This document shows, one piece after another, positions 38,200 to 48,900 of a stretch of 64,000 bases of DNA. The stretch is from Ginglymostoma cirratum (taxonomy: Eukaryota), in NCBI GenBank assembly GCA_024137785.1, contig JAHRHZ010000031.1:4623684-4687683 (forward strand), written 5' to 3'. The notes beneath the pieces were generated by a model that had not been told where the DNA came from, ran no database searches, and saw nothing but the letters and a program-made list of their open reading frames with translations. The translations under genes were made by a program, and so were the position numbers. The number at the start of each line of letters is the position of its first letter. Position 1 is the stretch's first letter.

Positions 38200-38830
38200 A
38201 AGATAGCAGCAGGAAGGTAGGAAGTGTTCTGGTTCCAGGCCTATCTGCTGGTATCACCAGGCCTGCCACATCCTTTTCTCCCTTTTTTTAAAATATATTT
38301 TTTCTAACATTTTCCTTTGATGGCTTCGGGTAAGGCAGGACGCTCTGAGATGTTGCTACAGTGGAGATTGCAGTATGGGTCTGGCCAGTCATTGTGGCTG
38401 CATCCTGGTGGGTCCTTCAACTAGACTGCTTCCGCGGCAACTTTGAAGATGAGATAGGCCCGGGATTCCAGTGACCAGCCTGGGACTCCTTGTGGTGGCT
38501 TCGGCGTTGGTCTGTGACTCCATGTAGCGCTGCTTTGGCATCGTGTCCGGCCCAGGATTCTAATGGGGATCAGGTCCTCAAGGCCAGAGCTGTGAAATGG
38601 ACTAATTTCTCTTCTTTTGAAATTCTTTCTTTTTTTTAATTATACTATTACAGCAGGACTGTTATTCTGATTTACTTTGTTTCTTCATTTTTCTATTTTT
38701 GCCCTATGAATTTGTACTCAAGGATCTGTACCTAGGTACCTTTGTACCTAAGTTGGTGCTGTAGGTGGCAATTTGTAAACTTTTCACTGTACTCATTTGA
38801 GTGCACGTGACAACGAAGCTAATTCATTCG
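38200..38830 (+). mobile_element. Non-autonomous element with Rex1/Babar-type 3' tail
   Basis: End 'ttttcactgtactcatttgagtgcacgtgacaacgaagctaattcattc' resembles the Rex1 tail at 45030-45075(-). GC/CpG-richer body with no ORF. Confidence 0.55.
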
Positions 38831-40999
38831 CTCAATTTACACCCTGAAAACTAAAGAGAAAAAAAAGTAGGTATTTTAATGTGCTGGCTGTGAGATTGTG
38901 TTAGCAGTTGCAAAAGTTGTGAATACAAATTCCACCATGCCACATCATATAATGGAATTTACTATGTCTGGTAATTTGTGAGCTGGTGATAAATCGAGTG
39001 ACTTCAAACAATATTAAAACCTCAGCTATCCATCAGTGTCCCTCAGTGGCCTGGATTGACACTTGACCTCTGGTGAACTAGGATGTGTTAATCAACATCG
39101 CACCCATTCCATGAGCAAATAAGACAAAAACTACTTCAGCAGAATGTATCCCATTTTTGGAGAAGAACTCTTCTACAAAGAGATCATCTTATACAGGTGC
39201 TGAGCTTCTCAAGCGATATTCAGATATCCCAGTGCTTTAAAAGGACACCAAGTAAAGAATTTTCAAGTTTGAATTTGTTCTTGATATCCAGTAAATTGCC
39301 TTTATACCAAGTTCCTTTCATATTGCTCTTATCGCATGAGATTGCATGGGAGGAGATACTGAATTCCAAACCTCAATCTGGTGGCTCTTATTAAATTAAA
39401 AGTTCTATGCAATCTTGCACTTCAAACAAGGAATTTTGGTATAATTCAACATCATATTTTCAGATTTTAAGTCTCCCAACAGCTTTTCACATCTTTGTAT
39501 GTTGTCAATTCCATTCTAGCAACATCATGAAGTTTACTAAACCTCACAGGATTTTTGAACTTTTTTTTCAGTTGCCATGATTTGGGCATTACCTTTGGTT
39601 GTTAGAAGTAATGTAAACGTTCCAACAGAAGTATTTTCATATTTGTCAAGCTTTAATGCAAGTAAGTAACTTGCAGTGGAAGAAGTTTGGCTACAGTTGT
39701 CTCCATCTGGAGTCGACTTTGTGCCTTTAATGCCAACAATGTATGATGTCATCCTCATTTACATTTACGTCCATGTATTATAATACAAGCACAGGATTTA
39801 CTCAGTGACTAAAATTCATTTAACCATCATACCTTACTGGCAATGGTATCTCATATTGGTATTATGGGAAAGGTAGCTTTTTTACTGCTCATGTGATGAC
39901 TTACAGCATGTTACAGCTGGGACCTTATTTAAAGGGTTTCAGCACCCATAAATCAGATTGTCTTCACCGTACATGTTGAATCCTCACTTTAAGGTCATCT
40001 GTCTGAAAAGGTCTTCAATTACTATTTAATCTTACTCTGAGAATAAATGACCACTTGTCACTGTCACTGAACTTGATGTGGTCCTAACAAAATTCATAAA
40101 TTACACCACTGTGATAGTTGCTGTAATGCATTTTCCCTCCTTGGTGTCTCTACAGTTTTTGATGCAACCATTTTCCTAATCTGTATTTCTTTCAATGTCC
40201 TTCTTTCTGGTTATATCCTGTTCAATCATAGCTGCGCCTTCTGTTGGCAGGTATCACACCCTGAAATTCCATTCCTGAATTCCTCTGGCTCCCTAACTAC
40301 TTCTTTTCTTTCTTCAAAACAATGATTTTAATCAAGCTTCAGATCACCTATCCTAATATATTTTTGATTCATTATCCATTTCTGCATATCACATCTACAA
40401 AGTACCTTGGGATAATATTCCATATTAAATACATCATAGCAAATAGACCCATCAAGCATTTAAAAACAAATTACGGTTAATCACATGATTAGATTTTACA
40501 TTTTTAACATGTTTAAAATTGATCTTGGTTTTGATTCCAATTCTAATTGTTACAGTTCCTACTTTATTTTCAAAGTTTGTTGACTGTCCAAAAAAAAATA
40601 CAGCACAGAAACCATTTTTTCTGTTTCTATGTTGCTGGCATCTCTATAGTGACACATTTGTTCACAGACTTATGCAGAAATTCATAAACTTTATTTTTCT
40701 ATGAGTCATCATATCCTGATGTGCAAATTAAAAAGAAAGATTGGAAGATTTTATTCAGCTACAAGCAAAAGCAAATTGTTGCTATACAATGGGTGTATAC
40801 ATTGGTTGATAGTGATTTCAGTTGTCAATCATACACCTCCCAACAACTTCAACAGACTTTAAAATCAAGAGAGTTGTGGATTGGGCAGTCAGTTTATATT
40901 ATTACCCAAAGTCAAAATTATTTCAAGTATAAAAAGAACTTCAGTCCTAATGTTGATGCCATTTAAACAAGTAGCATAGTTACTTTTTCTAGTTCAGGA

Positions 41000-41435
41000 G
41001 ATATTGACGTTTACCGTATGATTTCTAAGTGTGAAAAATCATACACAAATTGCTGTTGTTGCCGATGTCGAACAATAATTCCAAGATTGTTTAGGTAGAC
41101 ACGTGTTAGCACTAACACATATCAACCAACATTTCAAAACAAGAACTGGTTTCACTTTATAACAAACCAAAGTCGTTTCACTTTGCCTCTTATCGCAAGG
41201 TTGCTGGTCTCGCAAAGCTTTGGAGAACAGTAATAGTTAACCTTCACACATCTTCCCTTTAGAATTTATGAAGATATTTCAGATTCTTAAACCTTGAGTC
41301 TTGATCTTCAGTTACCAGTGATTCACGTTTTCTTTGCATTTGTCTTCGGTGAAAGAATTCTTCGCTGAGCAATGTATGCTGAATTACTACTGAGACAGCA
41401 ATGACACGCTGATAAATGGCAAACTACAGGTAAAG
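41000..41435 (+). promoter_or_regulatory. Candidate promoter/enhancer with tandem IRF-type sites
   Basis: 12 CpGs in 41008-41408 versus none seen in 40501-41000. GTTTCACTTT occurs twice (41149-41158, 41175-41184). E-box CACGTG at 41100-41105. Donor-like CAG|GTAAAG at 41429/41430. Confidence 0.4.
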
Positions 41436-41834
41436 TGATGTAGCAGGAAACATAGATAAAAGGTACTGCAGATGCTGGAGAATCCGAGATAACAAGCGTG
41501 GGGCTGGATGAACACAGCAGGTCAAGCAGCATCATAGGAGCAGGAAAACTTGACGTTTTGGGCCTAAACCCTTCATCAGAAATGGGGGAGGGGAAGAGGG
41601 TTCTAAAATAAATAGGGAGAGAGGGGGAGGCGGATAGAGGATGGATAGAGGAGAGGATAAGTGGAGAGGAGGCAGACAAGTCGAAGAGGCGGGGATGGAG
41701 CCAGGAAAGGTGAGTGTAGGTAGGGGGGTAGGGAGGAGATAGGTCAGTCCAGGGAGGACGGACAGGTCAAGGGGGCAGGATGATGTTAGTAGATAGGAGA
41801 TGGGGGTGTGGCTTGAGGTGAGAGGAAAAACAGG

Positions 41835-43451
41835 TTAGGGAGGTGGAGATGAGCTAGGCTGGTTTTGGGATGCGGTTGGGGGAGGGGAGATTTTGAAGCT
41901 TGTGAAACCCACATTGATGCCATTGGGCTGCAGGGGTCCCAGGCTGAATATGATTTGCTGTTCCTGCAGCCTTCGGGTGGCATCACTGTGGCANNNNNNN
42001 NNNNNNNNNNNNNNNNNNNNNNNNNNNNNNNNNNNNNNNNNNNNNNNNNNNNNNNNNNNNNNNNNNNNNNNNNNNNNNNNNNNNNNNNNNNNNNNNNNNN
42101 NNNNNNNNNNNNNNNNNNNNNNNNNNNNNNNNNNNNNNNNNNNNNNNNNNNNNNNNNNNNNNNNNNNNNNNNNNNNNNNNNNNNNNNNNNNNNNNNNNNN
42201 NNNNNNNNNNNNNNNNNNNNNNNNNNNNNNNNNNNNNNNNNNNNNNNNNNNNNNNNNNNNNNNNNNNNNNNNNNNNNNNNNNNNNNNNNNNNNNNNNNNN
42301 NNNNNNNNNNNNNNNNNNNNNNNNNNNNNNNNNNNNNNNNNNNNNNNNNNNNNNNNNNNNNNNNNNNNNNNNNNNNNNNNNNNNNNNNNNNNNGGGAGTG
42401 TGGAGCGGACAAGGGAGTCGCGGAGGGAGTGGTCCCTCCGGAAGGCAGATAAGGGTGGGGAGGGAAACATGTCTTTGGAGGTGGGGTCTGATTGCAGATG
42501 GCGGAAGTGTCAGAGGATGATGCGTTGGATGCGGAGGTTGGTGGGGTGGTATGTGTGGACGAGGGGGATTCTTTTTTGGTTACTATTGCGGGGACGGGGC
42601 GTGAGGGATGTGTTCCGGGAAATGCGGGAGACACGGTCGAGGGCGTTCTCGACCACTGTAGGGGGGAAGTTGCGGTCCTTGAAGAATGAGGACATTTGGG
42701 ATGTACGGGAGTGGAATGTCTCATCCTGGGAGCAGATGCGGCGGAGGCGAAGGAATTGGGAATAGGGGATGGCACTTTTGCAGGAAGGTGGGTGGGAGGA
42801 GGTGCATTCCAGGTAGCTGTGGGAGTCAGTGGGCTTGAAATGGACATCGGTTTCTAGGTGGTTACCCGAGATGGAGACAGAGAGGTCCAAGGAGGAGAGA
42901 GAAGTGTTGGAGATGGTCCAGGTGAACTTTAGGTTGGGGTGGAAGGTGTTGGTGAAGTGAATGAACAGTTCGAGCTCCTCGTGGGAGCACGAGGCGGCGC
43001 CGATGCAGTCATCAATGTAATGGAGGAAGAGGTGGGGTTTAGGGCCAGTGTAGGTACGGAAGAGGGATTGTTCCACGTAACCTACAAAGAGGCAGGCATA
43101 GCTTGGGCCCATGCGGGTACCCATGGCCACCCCCTTTGTCTGTAGGAAGTGGGAGGAATTGAAAGAGAAGTTGTTGAGGGTGAGGACGAGTTCAGCTAAG
43201 CGGATGAGGGTGTCGGTGGAGGGGGATTGGTCAGTTCTGCGGGACAGGAAGAAGCGGAGGGCCTTTAGGCCATCAGCATGGGGAATACAGGTGTATAGGG
43301 ACTGGACGTCCATAGTAAAAATGAGGTGTTGGGGACCGGGGAATTGGAAGTTCTGGAGGAGGTGGAGGGCATGGGTGGTGTCACGGACATAGGTAGGGAG
43401 TTCCTGGACCAAGGGGGTGAAAATGGAGTCTAGGTAGGTGGAGATGAGTTC
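41835..43451 (-). pseudogene. Penelope-type RT plus GIY-YIG ORF (5'-truncated, one premature TGA at 42510-42512, endonuclease mostly inside the N gap)
   Basis: LIFTMDVQSLYTCIPH, QTKGVAMGTRMGPSYACLFVG, YIDDC, KPTDSHSYL and IPYSQFLRLRRICS. The frame continues in ORF 41835-42470 to LQPNGINVGFTSF. Confidence 0.92.
41994..42393. other. Assembly gap (400 N)
   Basis: Run of n. Confidence 1.
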
Positions 43452-43595
43452 CTACCTACACTCACCTTTCCTGGCTCCATCCCCGCCTCTTCGACTTGTC
43501 TGCCTCCTCTCCACCTATCCTCTCCTCTATCCATCTTCTATCCACCTCCCCCTCTCTCCCTATTTATTTCAGAGCCCTCTTCCCCTCCCCCATTT

Positions 43596-43623
43596 CTGAT
43601 GAAGGGTCTAGGCCCGAAACGTC
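43596..43623 (+). ncRNA. Minimal hammerhead ribozyme, intact core (PLE family A)
   Basis: ttt-CTGATGA-a-gggtc ta ggccc-GAAA-CG-TC-aag. Confidence 0.75.
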
Positions 43624-43719
43624 AAGTTTTCCTGCTCCTATGATGCTGCTTGACCTGCTGTGTTCATCCAGCCCCATGCTTGTTAGCAGGAAACATAGAT
43701 CCCTTTGCATAGGAGCTCA

Positions 43720-43975
43720 TCACAAAAGCTGTGACCTGTCAGTTGTGGTTTCGGTCTGAACCAAAAGCTACAGAGTTCAGTTCCACTCCAAGGCTTGAGT
43801 GCAAGAAAACCAAAGTTCACACTCCAGTGCAATACTGAGGAAGCACTGAGGTCCCATCTGGGTATAAGAGATCCCACACCATTATTTCAAAGAACAGTAG
43901 AGATCACTGATGTCCTGGCTAATATCTATCCCTCAATCAAAAACATAAAATGCAGATTATCCGGTCACTTTTCCA
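43720..43975 (+). mobile_element. Partial Deu-domain-like SINE
   Basis: 'cacactccagtgcaatactgaggaagcactg' and 'gtcctggctaatatctatccctcaatcaa', similar to 8335-8755. Confidence 0.6.
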
Positions 43976-44084
43976 CAGTTAACCATATTCATAATTTTTA
44001 AAACATTGCCAGAAAACTGACATCAGTAATGTTGATGCAGCTTGAAATTGGAGCAGGGAGTTTCAGGGATCTGGGGCTTACCCC

Positions 44085-44990
44085 TTTTGGGGCTTGTTTT
44101 CTGCAAAGTCTTGTGTAAGTGATTCCTGCTTCAGTCTGTTTGTGGCTGGTTGTGCTTCTAATTCTGCAGCATTAGCAGAGCAATTGCTGAAATGGCCTGT
44201 GTATTTTCTACATTCTGTGAGTGCATTTTTGAACTCACTGTAATCAATCATTGTAGATTTTGAGAATTGCATAACGTGTTCAAATGGTAAAAGACTGGCT
44301 GCACCTATCATCTGTAATATGTGTGTCAGTCCATTTGTCATTACCTTGCCTTGTACAGTCTACTCTTTCACCACATTTAAAAAGAATTCCGCATATGTTT
44401 CAGTACAGCATCTCTTCTTCATACTCTTTATTGCTGGCACAAGAGTCTGTTGTGGCCAGACAACAACAGCCAGGTATCCAGTGATTACAAGATAACTATA
44501 ATTACTCTAACAGCCAGTAATCACCAGTAAAAGCAACAATTGCCTTTTTCTTTAGTAACATTGACTTTGTGACCTTTTCTTTCTCAAGTAGGTCATGTCC
44601 TCTGGAAGATAAGGTATACAATAACTGGAAGGTACTATTTTGAGAATATTGCTTAGCCTTCATGTTCAGGAGTCTGCAATTGTTTGCTATTTACTTTACA
44701 ATAGCATTTGCTTATTCTAATGTCTACCTTGATTCATGGACATGCAAAAATCCTCAAATTCTAAAAGACAATACTTATCCAAGATGATTGTTTTCACTTG
44801 TTGTTTCTTGCAGCAGAACAATGACTAAAGAACACATTTTGGGACAGTAAAACCATTTAGCACTCAGGTGGCACGACATATTGTCCACAGTACACTTCAT
44901 CAGATTGATATACGTTCTTTCCATCTCCTGAACTATCAGAATTTTAATAGACTTAACAAATGCAAATTCTTTGCTTAAAACAATGCATCA
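44085..44990 (-). mobile_element. hAT (ZBED1/Ac-like) transposase relic
   Basis: Minus strand: IVAFTGDYW..NYSYLVITG..ETYAEFFLNVVKE*..MIGAASLLPFEHV..ALTECRKYTGHF..ANAAELEAQ..ESLTQD, preceded by IANNCR..LSSRG. Confidence 0.8.
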
Positions 44991-45029
44991 TCATTTGCAA
45001 CAGTCCTATCAGATCACACGAAATATGAT

Positions 45030-45862
45030 TTGATTTGGTTTATTAGTGTCACATGTACAGAGATACAGTGAATAATATTGTATTGCATGCTAACCGGATA
45101 AATCATACCTTATGTCAGTACATCAGAGTAACAGAACAGAATGCAGAATGTAGTGCTACAGCTACAGAAAAGGTACTGAGAAAGATCAACACTAATATAT
45201 GAGAGGTCAATTCATAAGTCTAACAATAGTGTGGAAGAAGATGTTGGTATGTGTTTTCAAACTTTATTATCTTCTACCTGATAGAAGAGGATGGAAGAGA
45301 GTATAACTGTAGTGAGAGGGGTCTTGATTGTGTTGGCTGCTTTCCTGAGGCAGCGAGAACTGTAGACAGAGTCAACAGGAGGAAAACTGATTTGCATGAC
45401 AGACTGGGCAGTGTTCACAATTCTCTGTAATTCCTTGTGGTCTTTGGCAGAGGAGTTGCCATGCCAAGCTGCGCTTCATCCGAGTAGGTTGCTTTCCATG
45501 GTACATCTATAAAAATTGGTAAGTCATCTGTGGACATGCTGAATTTCCTTGGCCTTCTGACGAAGTAGAGGTATTATTGTGCTTTCTTGGACAAGGATAG
45601 ATTGTTGGTGATATTTATTCCCAGGAGTTTGATTCTCTCGACCAACTCCACCTCAGCACCATTGATGAAGACAGAGATGTGTCCTCCAAACCACTTCCTG
45701 ATGTCGGTGGCCAGCTATTTCATTTTGCTAATACTGTGGGAGAGATTTGTGTCTTTACTCTAAGCCACTAAGCTGTCTATCTCCTTCATGTGCTCTGTCT
45801 TGTACTTGTTTGAGAAGTGACCCACTACAATGATGTTATCAGCAAATTTGTAAATGGAGCTG
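45030..45862 (-). mobile_element. Rex1/Babar LINE 3' part
   Basis: Minus strand: SIYKFADNIIVVG, LLGINITNNLS, KKAQ..LYFVRRP..F.MS, NFYRCTMES, LQRIVNTAQ, LLSGRR. The tail lies at about 45030. Confidence 0.85.
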
Positions 45863-45863
45863 A

Positions 45864-45963
45864 GGGAGGTGACGGCCTTGTGGTATTATCGTTGGACTGT
45901 TAATCCAGAAACACAGGTAATGTTCTGGGTTTGAATCGTGCAGTGGCACATGATAGAATTTGA
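45864..45963 (+). mobile_element. 5' head (about 100 bp) of the family B tRNA-SINE abutting the CR1 5' end
   Basis: gggaggtgacggccttgtggtattatcgttggactgttaatccag... matches 36119-36226. Confidence 0.85.
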
Positions 45964-48900
45964 GGTCCAGCAGAGGGTGACTGAGAGGAAGAGGCATCAC
46001 TTCAGCACATATATTAGAGCCTGGAAACAGTCAGCTGCACTGAGGAGTGGATTGTTGTGGGCCTGGTATCAAGGAGCACTTAAGCCCCAAACATTGCATC
46101 ACTGTAGTGTTTCCCTCCTCCTCTAACCAAAAAGAAAATCAGGGGGAGAGAGATGTGATATTGAAAATTGGTTGGTAGTAGAGTAAGTAGGCTGTTGGCT
46201 CGAGAGGCTTTGGTGAGCAGCGGCTCAGCAAAAAGTACAGGTAAGCTCAGGTAAAGTTCTTTTAATTTCCTCTTTAGTCTTAGAGCATTTGAGATGGTAG
46301 TTAGGGCAGTGGGATGCTCCTTCTGCAGGATGTGGGAGCTCAGGGAGACCTCCATCATCCCTGAAATAACAAGGTGTAGAGCTGGATGAACACAGCAGGC
46401 CAAGCAGGATCAGAGGAGAAGGAAAGCTGATGTTTTGGGCCTAGACCCTTCTTTTGAAATGGGAGAGGGGAAGGGGGTTCTGAAATAAATAGGGAGAGTG
46501 GGGAGGCGGATAGAAGATAGGTGGAGAGGAGATAGGCTGGTCAAAGAGGCGGTCATCCTTGATGACTACATGTGTGGAAAGTGCACCCAGCTGCAGCCCT
46601 GGGAGACCGTGTTAGGGAGCTGGAGCTGAGCTGGATGCACTCAGGATCACCAGGGATGCTGAGCGTATCATAGATAAGAGTTTTAGTGAGGTGGTCACAC
46701 CTAAGGTGCAGGCAGAGAGTAGCTGGGTGACCACCAGGAAAGGCAAAGGGAGTAGGCAGAGAGTGCAGGGATCCCCTGAGGCCAATCCTCTTGAAAACAA
46801 GTATACCATTTTGGATACAACTAGCGGGGATGACTGATTTGGGGAAAGCAGCAGTATCCAGGTTGGTGGCATTAGGACTGGCTCTGGGGAACAGCAGGAA
46901 GGGGTAAAGGTAAACATGACCTTAGTGATAGGAGACCCGATAGTTAGTGGGACAGACAGGAGATTCTGTGGCCGCAAATGGGAATCCAGGATGGTATGTC
47001 GCTTCCCAGGTGCCAGGGCTCAGGATGCCTCAAAGCAGTTGCAGAATGTTTTCACGAGGGTGAGCAGCCAGAAGTCATTGTGCACATTGGCACAAATGGC
47101 ATTGTAGAAATAGGGATTAGGTCCCGTGGAGTGATTATGGAGAGCGAGGAGAAAAGTTAAAACCAGGGCCTCGACGGTGATAATCTCTGGATTACTTCCA
47201 GTGCCATGTGCTAGAGAGGGTAAGAACAGGAGGTTATGGCAGATGAATATGTGGCTAAAGAATTGATGTAGGGGGCAGGGATTCAAATTCTTAGATCATT
47301 GGGATCTTTTCAGGGGCAGAGGTGACCTGTTCAAGAGGGATGGGTTGCACCTGAACTGGAGAGGCCGATGAACTCAGAGCATGGATAGGTACGTGGGGCT
47401 GTAATATTATAGCCATTACAGAAACATGCCTAAGGGAGGGAAAGGACTGGCAGCTTAATGTGCCGGGGTATAGGTGCTTTAGGGGGAACAGAGATGGAGG
47501 AAAGAGGGGAGGGGCGTTGCATTTTTGATACAGGGGATTATCACAGCAGTAGTGACAGATGAAATAACTCAGGGATCATCCAGTGAGGCTTTGTGGCTGG
47601 AGCTAAGAAATAATAAAGGGGTGATGATGTTATTGGGGTTGTACTATAGGCCACCAAATAGTCAACTGGAATTACAGGAACAAATATGCAAAGAAGAATG
47701 CAGAGACTTGCAGGGAAATAGGGTTGTCATAGTGGGGGTTTTAATTTTCCTAACATGGACTGGGACCTCCATAGTGCTAAGGGCTTAGATGGGGTGGAAT
47801 TTTTTTTAATGTGTTCAGGAAAGTTTCCTCAAGCAGTAGATAGAGGTTCCTACTCAGGAAGGGGCAAAACTCGACTTACTGTTGGGAAATAGAGCAGGAC
47901 AAGTGACTGAGGTGACTGTGGGGAAGCACTTTGGGACCAGAGAATGTAGTTGTATGAATTTTAAAATAGTTGCGGAGAAGGACAAAACTGGGCCACGGGT
48001 TCAAGTTCTAAATTGAGGCAAGGTGAACTTTGATGGAATTAGATGGGAGTTTGCAGGGGTTGATTGGAGTAGTTTGTTTGCGGGCAAAGGGACCTCTGGC
48101 AAATGGGAGGCCTTTAAAAGTGTGATAGCTAGAGTTCAAGGTCTACACGTTCCTGTGAGGGTGAAGGGCAAGGTTGCTAGGAGTAGGGGACCCTGGATGA
48201 CAAGAGATGTTGCGGCTTTGACCAGAAAAAGAAGGAGACATGGTTCAGGTACAGGCAGCTAGGATCAAGAGAATCCCTCCAAGACAGAAATTTACTGAAG
48301 AAGTAAATCAGGAGGGCAAAAAGGGGGCACAAGACAGGTTTGGCTGAGAAAATTAGGGTGAATCCTAAAAGATTCTTTAAGAATAATAAAGGAAAAAGAA
48401 TGAATAGAGAGAATATAGGACCCCTCAAGGACCAAAATGGACTTGTATGTATGGAACCGCAGGAGATGGGCAAGGTCCTGAATGAATATTTCTCCTCTGA
48501 GTTTACCGTGGAGAAAGACATGAAGACTTGGGAACTTGGGAAAGTTAGTGGCAATATTTTGGGGACAGTCCATATCACAGTAGAAGTGATGTTGGAAATA
48601 TTAGAATGTATGAAGGTGGATAAATCTCCAGGTCCTGATCAGATATATCCAAAAACACTGCAAGAGGATAGAGAAGAAATTGTGATAGCACTGGCATCAT
48701 CATTAGCTGCAGGAGAGGTCCTGGAAGACTGGAGAATGGTGAATATTGTGCCCTTATTCAAGAAGGGGTGCAAAGAAAAACCTGGGAATTATAGACCAGT
48801 AAGTTTAACATCTGTGCTGGACAAGTTACTTGAGAAGATTCTGAGGGATAAGATATACATGCATTTAGAAAGATAAGGTTTTATTAGGAGTAGTCAGCAT

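Larger units (their letters stand above)
41458..43683 (-). mobile_element. Young 5'-truncated Penelope-like retroelement (family A) with inverted pLTR and perfect 17-bp TSD
   Basis: tagcaggaaacatagat at 41441-41457 and 43684-43700. RT is on the minus strand, with the pLTR at 41458-41830 and an inverted copy at 43452-43683. Confidence 0.95.

Noticed and set aside
41786-42847. Long ORFs (353, 290, 195 aa) spanning 41.8-42.8 kb
   Set aside because: Artefacts of translating through the N run. Only the minus-strand PLE frame is meaningful.
44078-44341. 87-aa ORF ending at a GTAAGC donor-like site as a host exon
   Set aside because: The frame is part of a hAT transposase relic with an in-frame stop just upstream.
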